A DNA stretch of 32,000 nucleotides, taken from NCBI RefSeq assembly GCF_000829315.1, contig NZ_AP013028.1, positions 180,001-212,000 of the forward strand, read 5' to 3'. The position numbers and the translations under genes are program-made. Origin of the DNA: Wolbachia endosymbiont of Cimex lectularius. GTDB lineage: Bacteria; Pseudomonadota; Alphaproteobacteria; Rickettsiales; Anaplasmataceae. The notes below the pieces were generated by a model, which was given only the letters and a program-made list of their open reading frames with translations, ran no database searches and was not told where the DNA came from. Positions 10,250 to 19,734 of this stretch are shown here, one piece after another; the stretch's first letter is position 1; each line of letters begins with the position of its first letter.

Positions 10250-10838
10250 TTACAAACATATCCTTTCTAGCTTTTATATCCTTATCACTTAAAGGAACTG
10301 TTTGGTCTTCCATTCCTGTGTTTCTATCATTGCAAGCTTTCCAACACAAAATAGCTGCTTGCTTTAGTGTTAACTGACTATAATTATCTTTGAAACTATT
10401 TCCTGTTCTATTGATAAACTTTAAGCATTCAAGTGCTTGAGATTTTTCGTCTGCTTTAAACTCATTTGACTGTATAATGTACTCCTCAATATCAGTTGTA
10501 TTTCCCCTATTTAGCTGTACATAGAACTCTTCCTTATTTAGGTCCTCTCTATATTTCTCTATGAGTTTATCAACACTTAAGTTTACACTAGAAACTGCAT
10601 TTGGATCGTGAGTGGTTTGCGCAACAAAAGGAAGGACATCAACTAAACCATGCATGAGAAGCGGTCTTTCTTCTTCCGGAATTTCTCGCATTAAGTTAAA
10701 AAGCTGCTGCACTTCTCCAACGAGTGTCCGGTTTAGTAGCCACAGGAATAACGCAGGTAATGCTAAAAGTATACAGGAAGCAATAATGCATACGACTAGA
10801 ACAGCTTTTAATATTACCCTAATGATATTTTTGGCCAA
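10212..10838 (-). CDS. hypothetical membrane protein; last ~13 residues derived from the IS end
   Basis: N-terminal hydrophobic segment (VILKAVLVVCIIASCILLALPALFLWLL); 3' end runs into IS copy 2 TIR (RTCLKSWKCEVK). Confidence 0.5.
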   Translation of the reverse strand: MAKNIIRVILKAVLVVCIIASCILLALPALFLWLLNRTLVGEVQQLFNLMREIPEEERPLLMHGLVDVLPFVAQTTHDPNAVSSVNLSVDKLIEKYREDLNKEEFYVQLNRGNTTDIEEYIIQSNEFKADEKSQALECLKFINRTGNSFKDNYSQLTLKQAAILCWKACNDRNTGMEDQTVPLSDKDIKARKDMFVRTCLKSWKCEVK

Positions 10839-11071
10839 GCCGATAATCTCGTTTCATTTTCTCCTGGTTTCAAAAAATAATCTACTAACCATGAATACAG
10901 AAGAAACTGTACAAGAAGAGCAAATGGGACAATCATACTTACCAGTAAGATTATGCTAATGGATCGCCTGATTTTACCAGTATTGTGGTAAGCATTTTGT
11001 GCTCTTTCTATCATAGCACGTGCTCTATCTTGCTGTTGATTATTATTTTCGCCTAACATACCATACACCAT
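10814..11071 (-). CDS. hypothetical small membrane protein
   Basis: 85-aa ORF, one or two hydrophobic segments, 25-nt overlap with the downstream ORF. Confidence 0.45.
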   Translation of the reverse strand: MVYGMLGENNNQQQDRARAMIERAQNAYHNTGKIRRSISIILLVSMIVPFALLVQFLLYSWLVDYFLKPGENETRLSAWPKISLG

Positions 11072-11318
11072 ATTTTAACACCAGTATATCTTGTTATAAA
11101 AGGCATGTTAATGAGAAATTTATAGGCTATAGCTTAATATAAAGATTATACCAACTTTCGTTATCGGGAAGTCAAACAAAACATAAGAGATCTATTTTTT
11201 TATAGCAAATATATTGCTTTTCAGAAAAATATTAATAGCATTAAACAAGACTCTGGTATTAGTTTTGACTACCTCAATTCTTCTGTCAGATTAAGTTTTA
11301 TCTAGCACAATAAATACG

Positions 11319-12320
11319 ATGTTTAATTTCCCAAACACACAGTTAAGGCGTAGACGCTCAAGTAAATGGATTCGCAATTTAACAAGTGAAAGCATTTTAT
11401 CAGTAAACGACTTGATTTTTCCCCTGTTTGTTCATGGTAAAGAAGAAATAACCGAACCAATTCCTGGCTTACCTGATATAAAATGTTACTCAATAGATGG
11501 ATTGGTTTCCATGGCTCAAGAAGCTGAGGATTTAGGAATTAATGCTATTGCAATTTTTCCTGTAGTTGACAGTAAGTTAAAATCTGAAAATGCTGAGGAA
11601 GCATACAATCTGGACAATTTAATCTGCAAGACAATTCGTGCTGTAAAATTAAAGGTGCCGGGCATTGGCATTATCGCAGATGTTGCACTTGATCCATACA
11701 CCACTCATGGTCATGATGGCATTTTAAAAAGCAATCGGATAGACGTGGAAAACGATGAAACTGTGTCAGTGTTGCTAAAGCAAGCACTTGCTTTGGCAAA
11801 AGCAGGATGTGATATAGTTGCCCCTTCTGATATGATGGATGGTAGAATAGGGAAAATAAGAAGAGCATTGGATGATAATGGCTTTCAAGATGTATCAATA
11901 CTATCTTATGCAGTGAAATATTGCTCCAGCTTCTATGCACTATTCAGACAAGTTGTTGGTTCATGCGAGCCGTCAAATTCTATCGATAAAAGTGGTTATC
12001 AAATGGATTATAGAAATGCAAGAGAGGCAATTTGCGAAATCGAAATGGATATAAACGAAGGCGCAGATTTTATTATGATAAAACCAGGTATGCCATACTT
12101 GGATGTAATCAAAACAGCAAGTGATAAGTTTAATTTTCCGATTTTTGCCTATCAGGTAAGTGGTGAGTATGCAATGATAAAGGCTGCAACAAACAATGGC
12201 TGGCTGGATTATGACAAAGTAATTTATGAGTCTTTAATTAGCTTTAAACGCGCGGGTGCGAGTGCAATATTCACCTATGCCGCACTTGATGTTGCAAAAA
12301 ATTTGAGGCAAGAAGCGTAA
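11319..12320 (+). CDS. hemB: delta-aminolevulinic acid dehydratase (porphobilinogen synthase)
   Basis: LIFPLFVHGKEEITEPIPGLP, DVALDPYTTHGHDG, DIVAPSDMMDGR, YQMDYRNAREA motifs. Confidence 0.97.
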   Translation: MFNFPNTQLRRRRSSKWIRNLTSESILSVNDLIFPLFVHGKEEITEPIPGLPDIKCYSIDGLVSMAQEAEDLGINAIAIFPVVDSKLKSENAEEAYNLDNLICKTIRAVKLKVPGIGIIADVALDPYTTHGHDGILKSNRIDVENDETVSVLLKQALALAKAGCDIVAPSDMMDGRIGKIRRALDDNGFQDVSILSYAVKYCSSFYALFRQVVGSCEPSNSIDKSGYQMDYRNAREAICEIEMDINEGADFIMIKPGMPYLDVIKTASDKFNFPIFAYQVSGEYAMIKAATNNGWLDYDKVIYESLISFKRAGASAIFTYAALDVAKNLRQEA

Positions 12321-12376
12321 GAACCTGTTTAAAATCTTGGAAATGTGAGGTAAAGTAAGCATAGATTAATAATGAG

Positions 12377-12697
12377 GTGTCTATGCAGAAAAGTTATCCA
12401 AGTAATATAAGTCAAGAGCAGTTTGAAAAAATCAGGCCAATTTTGGAGAGTAGCAAGCAGAAAACAAAACCAAGAAAACTTGATTTGTATGACGTATTTT
12501 GTGGGGTGTTGTACGTCTTAAAAAGTGGTTGTCAGTGGAGGATGTTACCAAAGGGTTTTCCAAGATGGGAAAGCGTATATTACTATTTTCGAGTGTGGAG
12601 TAAAAAGAATGGAGAAGAGCCAAGCTTGTTGGAATTAGTCTTAAAAAAAATTAGTTGGAGAGGTCCGTATCAGCAATGGTCGGAAAGAGAAAACTAG
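12377..12697 (+). CDS. IS5-family transposase orfA
   Basis: Identical to the copy 1 ORF. Confidence 0.9.
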   Translation: MSMQKSYPSNISQEQFEKIRPILESSKQKTKPRKLDLYDVFCGVLYVLKSGCQWRMLPKGFPRWESVYYYFRVWSKKNGEEPSLLELVLKKISWRGPYQQWSEREN

Positions 12698-12815
12698 CTT
12701 TTGTATAATTGATTCTCAAAGCGTTAAAAACGCAGATACTGCTGAAAAAAAAGGCTATGATGCAGGTAAAAAGATTTCAGGGATAAAGCGCCATATTGCA
12801 GTTGATACACAAGGT

Positions 12816-13172
12816 TTGCCACATGCAATTTATGTAACAACGGCAGAAGCAACTGACCGTAGCAGTGCTGTGAAAATGGTCGAAAATGCTAAAGCAAACC
12901 TCTCTGAAGTTAAAAACATACTGGTTGATGCTGGCTACACAGGAGAAAATTTTGCAACACAAATAAAAGCTATCATTGGTGCGACTGTTGAAGTAATAAA
13001 GCGAAGTGAGTTACACACTTTCGTCGTATTGCCAAAAAGATGGGTTGTTGAACGCTCTTTTGCCTGGTTAGAAAAGTGCAGGCGATTGTGGAAAAATTGC
13101 GAGCGGAAGCTCAACACTAGCTTACAGATGATAGTCCTCTCCTTCATTTCTCTCCTGTTACGAAGATTTTAA
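12816..13172 (+). CDS. IS5-family transposase orfB; the frame is open upstream back to the A8 tract near orfA's 3' end
   Basis: Hand reading gives LVGEVRISNGRKEKTSFCIIDSQSVKNADTAEKKGYDAGKKISGIKRHIAVDTQGLPHAIYVTT continuing to 13172. Confidence 0.85.
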   Translation: MPHAIYVTTAEATDRSSAVKMVENAKANLSEVKNILVDAGYTGENFATQIKAIIGATVEVIKRSELHTFVVLPKRWVVERSFAWLEKCRRLWKNCERKLNTSLQMIVLSFISLLLRRF

Positions 13173-13352
13173 ACAGGTTCTAACACGCACTGTAGAAAGT
13201 TTACTTTTTATGTATCTATTCAGCGGAATGGTAAAATGAGATAGACAAGATGCTATAAAAAAGTAATTATACAGTAAAAGTGAGTTTACAACAAATGGTG
13301 CATCCTAGTGCTTCCTTTTCTTGCCATTCCAGCACCCTCTTCTTGTCATCCA

Positions 13353-13475
13353 AGTAGCGGACACTGGGGTCCAGTTTCCATAAAACGGTGTATTTTAACA
13401 TAACTTTTACACTCACTAACCTAATAAAATTCTTAGATTCCAGCGTCACGCGCACAACTGTACGAAGATTGCAAT
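13353..13475. repeat. diverged intergenic repeat unit related to the one beginning at 13506
   Basis: Shares ACACTGGGGTCCAG, GTATTTTAACATAA, ACTCACTAACCTAATAAAATTC with the 13506 copy; ends in GCGCACAACTGTACGAA, the reverse complement of a motif in that copy. Confidence 0.6.
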
Positions 13476-13505
13476 TAGCAGGTAATTTGCGTAACAGACG
13501 GTGTC

Positions 13506-13800
13506 ATCCCAGTGCTCCGACACTGGGTCCAGCCTTTCCATAATCATCAAAAACGTCGTATTTTAACATAAAACAGCTACTTTTATACTCACCAACTTAA
13601 TAAAATTCCTGGATGCCAGTATCAGCTACTTGCATGGTACCCTAGTGGTAGGCCCAAATCACAATGTTCGTACAGTTGTGCGTCACGCGCTGGAATGACA
13701 CCACTTGTTGTAAAAACAAATGTTCGTTCATAAATTACAACTAGCTATAGATATTTAAGAAATTTACTAAATAAAAAAAAGGCAAAAGAAATCCCGAGTG
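13506..13800. repeat. intergenic repeat, direct copy of 31353-31640
   Basis: Near-identical TTTCCATAATCATCAAAACGTCGTATTTTAACATAAAACAGCTACTTTTATACTCACCAACTTAATAAAATTCCTGGATGCCAGT and CAAATCACAATGTTCGTACAGTTGTGCGTCACGCGCTGGAATGACACC. Confidence 0.85.
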
Positions 13801-14148
13801 GCGAGTTTTGACTCTATAATACTTTAAATTGGCCTATAATCATTTGCTGACGCTTAGTTTAAGCGCGACTTGGCTGAATGTAGAAAAAATGAAAAAGACA
13901 TGCAGCTGCTATAATTTGATACAATTCGCCAAAAAATACCCTGAGTTTTTTACTGAATTTTGTCATTGAGCCTGCAGATCAAAAACAAGTTTTGAGTTAG
14001 AAATACCCTTGTTACTATAATAACGAAATTGTTAGAACTTGTCAAGTAGTTTTTTTTGTTTCATGACACACGCTGCCATGCAATAAGTTTATTGACTTCA
14101 TAGCAATAGTTACTTTAAATTAGTAACTGTTGTTGCAGTTAAATATTA

Positions 14149-14736
14149 ATGACTTTTTTCTTTTATTTTTTTGCAATTCTTAGCATTTTATCCGCTGTTT
14201 GTGTGATCAGCGCAAGGAATCCTGTGCATGCAGTACTATTTTTAATTTTCACTTTCGTCAACTCTGCGGCTCTTTTTATCCTCCTTGGAGCTGAGTTTAT
14301 TGCTATGATGGTGCTGATAGTATATATCGGGGCAGTTGTAGTGTTATTCCTTTTTGTAGTTATGATGCTCGATATTGACTACATAAGATTGCGTCAGGGT
14401 TTTGCAAAGCATCTGACTGTTGGTGCTGTATTATGTGTCGTGTTTTTTCTCATTATCAGTTTCGTAATCCGCAGCTCAGCGCTGAATATAAGCAATGTTA
14501 TAAACTATAATGCCAATAATGTGAAAGCCATCGGTAATTTGCTCTATACTGACTATATGTACGCTTTTCACCTTTCTGGCATTTTGTTACTTGTTGCAAT
14601 TGTGGGCGCGATTGCTCTTACTTTGCAGGATAAGAAAAAAGGAGTCAAAAGACAGAATGTATTAAAGCAATTGACACAATCCTCATCTGTAAAGTTGGTT
14701 AAGGCTAAATTTGGAAAAGGAGTAGAATGGAAATAG
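14149..14736 (+). CDS. nuoJ: NADH-quinone oxidoreductase subunit J
   Basis: [55 protein letters not shown]. Confidence 0.96.
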   Translation: MTFFFYFFAILSILSAVCVISARNPVHAVLFLIFTFVNSAALFILLGAEFIAMMVLIVYIGAVVVLFLFVVMMLDIDYIRLRQGFAKHLTVGAVLCVVFFLIISFVIRSSALNISNVINYNANNVKAIGNLLYTDYMYAFHLSGILLLVAIVGAIALTLQDKKKGVKRQNVLKQLTQSSSVKLVKAKFGKGVEWK

Positions 14737-15035
14737 GATTAGATCATTTCTTGGTAGTTGCCGCTATTTTATTCACTATTGGAGTGTGCGGTATTTTCAT
14801 CAACCGTAAAAGCATAATTAACATATTATTATCAATAGAGGTATTGTTGCTAGCAATTAATATCAATTTAGTCGCTTTTTCTGCTTTTACGAATGATATA
14901 GTTGGGCAAATTTTTGTCATGTTTGTGTTGACTGTTGCCGCAGCGGAGTCAGGAATAGGACTTGCAATATTAGTTGTATATTATAGAAGCCGTGGCAATA
15001 TAGACGTTGAACGAGCGAACTTAATGAAAGAATGA
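14727..15035 (+). CDS. nuoK: NADH-quinone oxidoreductase subunit K
   Basis: [23 protein letters not shown]...[24 protein letters not shown]. Confidence 0.96.
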   Translation: MEIGLDHFLVVAAILFTIGVCGIFINRKSIINILLSIEVLLLAININLVAFSAFTNDIVGQIFVMFVLTVAAAESGIGLAILVVYYRSRGNIDVERANLMKE

Positions 15036-15039
15036 AGGT

Positions 15040-16896
15040 ATGACTGATATACTAAAATTAATAGTGTTTTTGCCACTTTTTAGTTCATTATTTGCAGCGC
15101 TTTTTAGAAGAGATATTTTTAGTCAGTTAATAACAACTGCAGGAATTGGAATATCTGCTGTTTTATCTTGGTATGTTTTTTTCACCTTTTCTCAAGATTA
15201 TCACTTGAGTTTATTCCCTTTGTTTTCGTTGAGCGTCCTAAAAGTAAATTGGGTGATTAATGTGGATGCTCTCTCATCTTTGATGTTGATTGTAATTACC
15301 ACCGTTTCGCTGGTAGTTCATCTTTATTCTATCGGTTATATGAAACATGATAAGGGAAAGTCTAGGTTCTTTTCTTGTTTATCGCTGTTTACGTTTTGCA
15401 TGATTGTACTGATCGTGAGTGACAATTTTGTGCAGCTTTTCTTTGGCTGGGAAGGAGTTGGCTTGTGCTCTTATTTACTCATAGGATTTTGGTTTCAAAA
15501 ATACTCTGCAAATAATTCAGCATTCAAAGCATTTGTTGTAAATAGAGTAGGGGACTTTGCGCTATTAATTGGAATTTTTCTTATTTATTACACATTTCAT
15601 TCTTTGAAGTTTGCTGAAATTTTTGACACAGCTGATATTCTTGGTGCACAGAGCATTAGGGCGTTCTGTTGTGAATTCAGGGTGGTTCATATAATATGCA
15701 TATTACTTTTTATTGGTTGTATGGGAAAGTCTGCTCAGCTTGGCCTACATGTTTGGTTGCCAGATGCAATGGAAGGGCCAACACCTGTTTCTGCACTCAT
15801 TCATGCAGCAACTATGGTAACGGCAGGTATATTTTTAGTAGCAAAATGTTCTCCACTATTTGAGCTATCAAATGTAGCACAAGAATTGATAGTAATTGTT
15901 GGTGCGCTTACTGCCTTTTTTGCAGCTACCGTTGCGGTTACTCAGAACGATATAAAGAAAATAATTGCTTATTCAACTTGCAGCCAACTTGGTTATATGT
16001 TCATGGCATGTGGCCTTTCTGCTTACAATGTCGCTATTTTTCATTTAATGACACACGCCTTTTTTAAGGCTTTATTGTTCCTCAGCGCAGGTAATGTGAT
16101 TCATGCAATGCATCATGAGCAAAACATTCAGAAAATGGGAAACTGCTGGAAAAAAATTCCTTGTACTTACGCTCTCATGTGGATTGGATCTCTTGCACTT
16201 TCTGGGATATTTCCATTTGCAGGTTTTTATTCAAAGGACCTAATAATTGAGCATGCTTATAGTGCTGATAGTTTTGCTTTTGTAATGAGCTTGGTTGTTG
16301 CGTTCTTTACGGCGTTTTATTCTTGGAGGTTATTGCTTCTTGTATTTCATAGCCAAAAACAAAGTAAAATTAATATACATGAAGCACCGAAAATTATGCT
16401 CATACCACTACTAATACTTGCTCTTGGGTCGGTATTTTCTGGAATATGGGGAGCAAATGTTTTAAATATAACTAGTAATGCGTTTTGGAAATTAAGTTTA
16501 GTAGTTGTTAATGAGCATGAAATCCATAATTTCTTTATAAAGTTACTACCAACTCTAGTGAGTCTAAGCGGGATAGCGTTTGCGTACTTGATTTACCGCT
16601 ATCAAAAATTTCAGCAGATTAAAAGTAAATTTTTACTTAAATTTTTGCAGAATAAATGGTACTTTGATGAGGTATATGATTTTGTCATAGTTGCACCGAT
16701 GAAGTTTATATCTAGGTTTCTATGGGAGTTTGATGTTAAAGCTGTTGATTCATTTGGACCAAACGGTGTGGTAAGTTTGGTTAATGAGTGTTCAAAAAGT
16801 TCTATGAAGTTACAGACAGGCTACATATTTGATTATGCGTTTATTATGTTTGTTACTTTAATAATCGGTGCTTTGTATATTATTGGAATTAAATAG
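15040..16896 (+). CDS. nuoL: NADH-quinone oxidoreductase subunit L
   Basis: LFFGWEGVGLCSYLLIGFWF, HVWLPDAMEGPTPVSALIHAATMVTAG. Confidence 0.97.
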   Translation: MTDILKLIVFLPLFSSLFAALFRRDIFSQLITTAGIGISAVLSWYVFFTFSQDYHLSLFPLFSLSVLKVNWVINVDALSSLMLIVITTVSLVVHLYSIGYMKHDKGKSRFFSCLSLFTFCMIVLIVSDNFVQLFFGWEGVGLCSYLLIGFWFQKYSANNSAFKAFVVNRVGDFALLIGIFLIYYTFHSLKFAEIFDTADILGAQSIRAFCCEFRVVHIICILLFIGCMGKSAQLGLHVWLPDAMEGPTPVSALIHAATMVTAGIFLVAKCSPLFELSNVAQELIVIVGALTAFFAATVAVTQNDIKKIIAYSTCSQLGYMFMACGLSAYNVAIFHLMTHAFFKALLFLSAGNVIHAMHHEQNIQKMGNCWKKIPCTYALMWIGSLALSGIFPFAGFYSKDLIIEHAYSADSFAFVMSLVVAFFTAFYSWRLLLLVFHSQKQSKINIHEAPKIMLIPLLILALGSVFSGIWGANVLNITSNAFWKLSLVVVNEHEIHNFFIKLLPTLVSLSGIAFAYLIYRYQKFQQIKSKFLLKFLQNKWYFDEVYDFVIVAPMKFISRFLWEFDVKAVDSFGPNGVVSLVNECSKSSMKLQTGYIFDYAFIMFVTLIIGALYIIGIK

Positions 16897-16899
16897 AAA

Positions 16900-18342
16900 G
16901 TGTTGTTACTTAGTATATTCTTGCTTCCACTAATAGGAGCGTTGATTTTATCTCTAATCAAGATCAATCATAAATCCATATACCTAAGATTCCTCTCTCT
17001 ACTTTTTGCTGTACTGCCGTTTTTACTTAGCATTGTAGCTTGTATAGGATTTGATTATAATAATCCGGACTTCCAGCTCGTTAGCTACCCAATTAGAAAC
17101 GCAGGAATAGGGGTGGATGGTATATCGCTACCTTTCCTTCTACTCACAACTTTCTTATTTGTTATTTGTGTACTCTACAATTGCAAAATGAGTTATACGA
17201 CTCTCAAGCCGTATATGGCATTATTTTTGCTGCTTGAAAGTTTTGTGGTCGGTTTCTTTATTTCACTGAATGCCGTAAGCTTTTATGTATTCTTTGAAGC
17301 TGTTCTAGTACCAATGTTTTTTATTATTGGCATTTGGGGAGGGAAACAAAGGGTATATGCGGCATTTAAGTTATTTCTCTATACACTTGCCGGTTCGTTG
17401 TTGTTTTTGCTTGGGTTAGTGTACATATATAACGTCTTTGGAACATTTGATATACAAAAATTAGCCACGTTAATGCCAAATCTTGATCTTGGAGTGCAAT
17501 CATTGTTGTGGATTGCATTTTTTGTCTCTTTTGCAATAAAAGTCCCGATGTTTCCGTTCCACACTTGGCTTCCTGATGCGCATGTGCAATCGCCAACTTC
17601 TGGATCGGTAATTTTAGCCGGCCTGCTTATTAAAATGGGAGGATACGGATTTTTAAGGTTCTCTATTCCAATGCTTCCTCAGGCAAGTTTCTATTTTTCA
17701 AATTTCATTGTTGTGTTAAGCGCAATTGCAGTAATATATGCTTCACTAGTTGCATTTGCTCAGAACGATATAAAGAAGCTAATAGCTTATTCTTCAATAG
17801 CGCACATGGGAATCGTAACTGCTGGCCTCTTTTCATTTTATGAAGAGGGGGTACTTGGTGCTGTGTTTCAAATGATTAGTCATGGCCTTATTTCTGCTGC
17901 TTTATTTTTGTGTGTTGGGATGCTATATACTCGAACTGGAACTTTGGAGATTGCAAAGTATTTTGGCATAGTAAACACGATGCCAAAATTTGGTTTTATG
18001 TTTATTTTATTTTCAATGGCCTCGATTGGGTTACCTGGAACGTCTGGGTTTATAGGTGAGTTTTTGGCTATGATTGGAATGTTTAAGAGCATAGGATTTT
18101 TTACAGGGTTTATCGCACTTGGTACTATTTTGAGTGCAGTTTATATGCTGAATTTATGCAAACAAACAATATGGGGAGTCAGCTATTCTAAATTATTGAA
18201 TAACCGTTTAGATAGCATGGAATTTTCTGTCTTAATTTTGCTTGCAGTGCTTGTTATTTTGCTTGGATTTTACCCAACTCTTGCACTAAATTATTTAAAG
18301 CCATGTATGGCAAATTTATCAGTTAAGTATAACGTCCTATGA
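16900..18342 (+). CDS. nuoM: NADH-quinone oxidoreductase subunit M (GTG start)
   Basis: FYVFFEAVLVPMFFIIGIWGG, FHTWLPDAHVQSPTSGSVILAGLLIKMGGYG. Confidence 0.97.
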   Translation: MLLLSIFLLPLIGALILSLIKINHKSIYLRFLSLLFAVLPFLLSIVACIGFDYNNPDFQLVSYPIRNAGIGVDGISLPFLLLTTFLFVICVLYNCKMSYTTLKPYMALFLLLESFVVGFFISLNAVSFYVFFEAVLVPMFFIIGIWGGKQRVYAAFKLFLYTLAGSLLFLLGLVYIYNVFGTFDIQKLATLMPNLDLGVQSLLWIAFFVSFAIKVPMFPFHTWLPDAHVQSPTSGSVILAGLLIKMGGYGFLRFSIPMLPQASFYFSNFIVVLSAIAVIYASLVAFAQNDIKKLIAYSSIAHMGIVTAGLFSFYEEGVLGAVFQMISHGLISAALFLCVGMLYTRTGTLEIAKYFGIVNTMPKFGFMFILFSMASIGLPGTSGFIGEFLAMIGMFKSIGFFTGFIALGTILSAVYMLNLCKQTIWGVSYSKLLNNRLDSMEFSVLILLAVLVILLGFYPTLALNYLKPCMANLSVKYNVL

Positions 18343-19733
18343 GCTATATACAGATATTGCCAGAAACGTTCTCTATTGTTTCCTCGTTAGTATTACTGCT
18401 GCTTGGTATCGTATTCAACCGCCGCACTATTAACTTGCTAGCACTGGGCTGCACAGCGATTACCTTGATTGTTTTAGTTCTCTTAGCAGAAAATAATGAA
18501 GTTTTTTTCTTCAATTCATTGTTAAAACTCAACTTATACATCAGATCGGCCCAAGGGTTGATCCTTATCGTAGGAGTTTTAATACTCTTGCTACTGAATT
18601 TATCAAAATATGACTATAAGTATGAATTTTCAGTACTGATTCTTTTTGCGCTGTTTGGCATGATTACTCTGGTTTCAGCAAATAATTTAATTTCTTTTTA
18701 TTTAGCTTTTGAATTGATGAGTATACCTTTATATGTTCTTGCGAGCTTTAATAAAGATTCAGTTTATTCATGCGAAGCAGGAGTGAAATATTTTACGCTC
18801 AGTGCGTTATCTTCCTGCATCATGTTGTACGGAATGTCGCTACTTTATGGATATACAGGACAAATCGATTTTTCTCAGTTAAATTCATTTGTACAAAACC
18901 ATCAGGTAACTTATGGAATAGTTTTTGGGTTGGTCTTTATCCTTATAGGTTTGTGTTTCAAGCTTGCTATTGTTCCTTTTCATATGTGGGCTCCGGATGT
19001 CTATCAAGGTGCACCTACCATAGTGACTGCGTTTTTTTCTACTGCTCCAAAAGCTGCACTTGTAACATTTTTAATTAGACTGATGAATGAGGAATTAGTA
19101 AATGTCAAAAATTATGTTCAACCTGTTCTTTTATATGTTTCAGCATTATCTGTGCTTATCTCAGCTTTTGGGGCTTTGCGACAAAAAAACCTAAAAAGGC
19201 TGCTTGCTTACAGTTCAATAGGTCATGTTGGCTTCATATTTGCTTCGCTTTCTATTTTTACGCGGATGGGAACAGACAGCTCTTTGACGTATTTGATGAT
19301 GTATATCGTTATAAGCATAGGATTGTTCTCATATTTCATACAAATTGACGATGACGATTGCAATATTGCAAATTTATCTGGTGTGGGGAAAAAACATCCG
19401 GTTTTAGCATTTCATCTTTCTATACTATTGCTTTCTATGGCGGGAATACCACCACTTGCAGGGTTTTTTGTTAAGCTGTTTATATTTAAAGGTCTAATAA
19501 ACTCAGGCTTTATCGGTCTATCTTTGATCCTTGTAGTAGCAAGTGTTATATCATGTTACTACTACCTAAATATCATAAAAGCTATGTATTTTGATAAGAC
19601 TAGTGGTAATAAGATTACTTACCCTAAGGGGCTATTCATCATCACTTCAGTGGCTTCCTTAATCAATATCATTCTTTTTATATATGTAGAGGATTTATAC
19701 TCGCTAATTCATTTAGTAACTAAAGGGTTATAA
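18339..19733 (+). CDS. nuoN: NADH-quinone oxidoreductase subunit N
   Basis: FYLAFELMSIPLYVLASF, FKLAIVPFHMWAPDVYQGAPTIVTAFFSTAPKAA. Confidence 0.97.
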   Translation: MSYIQILPETFSIVSSLVLLLLGIVFNRRTINLLALGCTAITLIVLVLLAENNEVFFFNSLLKLNLYIRSAQGLILIVGVLILLLLNLSKYDYKYEFSVLILFALFGMITLVSANNLISFYLAFELMSIPLYVLASFNKDSVYSCEAGVKYFTLSALSSCIMLYGMSLLYGYTGQIDFSQLNSFVQNHQVTYGIVFGLVFILIGLCFKLAIVPFHMWAPDVYQGAPTIVTAFFSTAPKAALVTFLIRLMNEELVNVKNYVQPVLLYVSALSVLISAFGALRQKNLKRLLAYSSIGHVGFIFASLSIFTRMGTDSSLTYLMMYIVISIGLFSYFIQIDDDDCNIANLSGVGKKHPVLAFHLSILLLSMAGIPPLAGFFVKLFIFKGLINSGFIGLSLILVVASVISCYYYLNIIKAMYFDKTSGNKITYPKGLFIITSVASLINIILFIYVEDLYSLIHLVTKGL

Positions 19734-19734
19734 A

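Larger units (their letters stand above)
12321..13180 (+). mobile_element. IS5-family element (ISWpi1-like), copy 3, 860 bp
   Basis: Same TIRs; flanked by TAA on both sides (12318-12320 and 13181-13183); one A shorter than copies 1 and 2. Confidence 0.93.

Noticed and set aside
13790-14148. Possible tRNA or small RNA in the gap upstream of nuoJ
   Set aside because: I could not identify a cloverleaf or a conserved RNA motif by eye; needs tRNAscan-SE or Infernal.
17366-18092. Antisense ORFs opposite nuoM (17366-17596, 17379-17564, 17880-18092)
   Set aside because: They overlap a strongly conserved nuo gene and are best explained as chance open frames.
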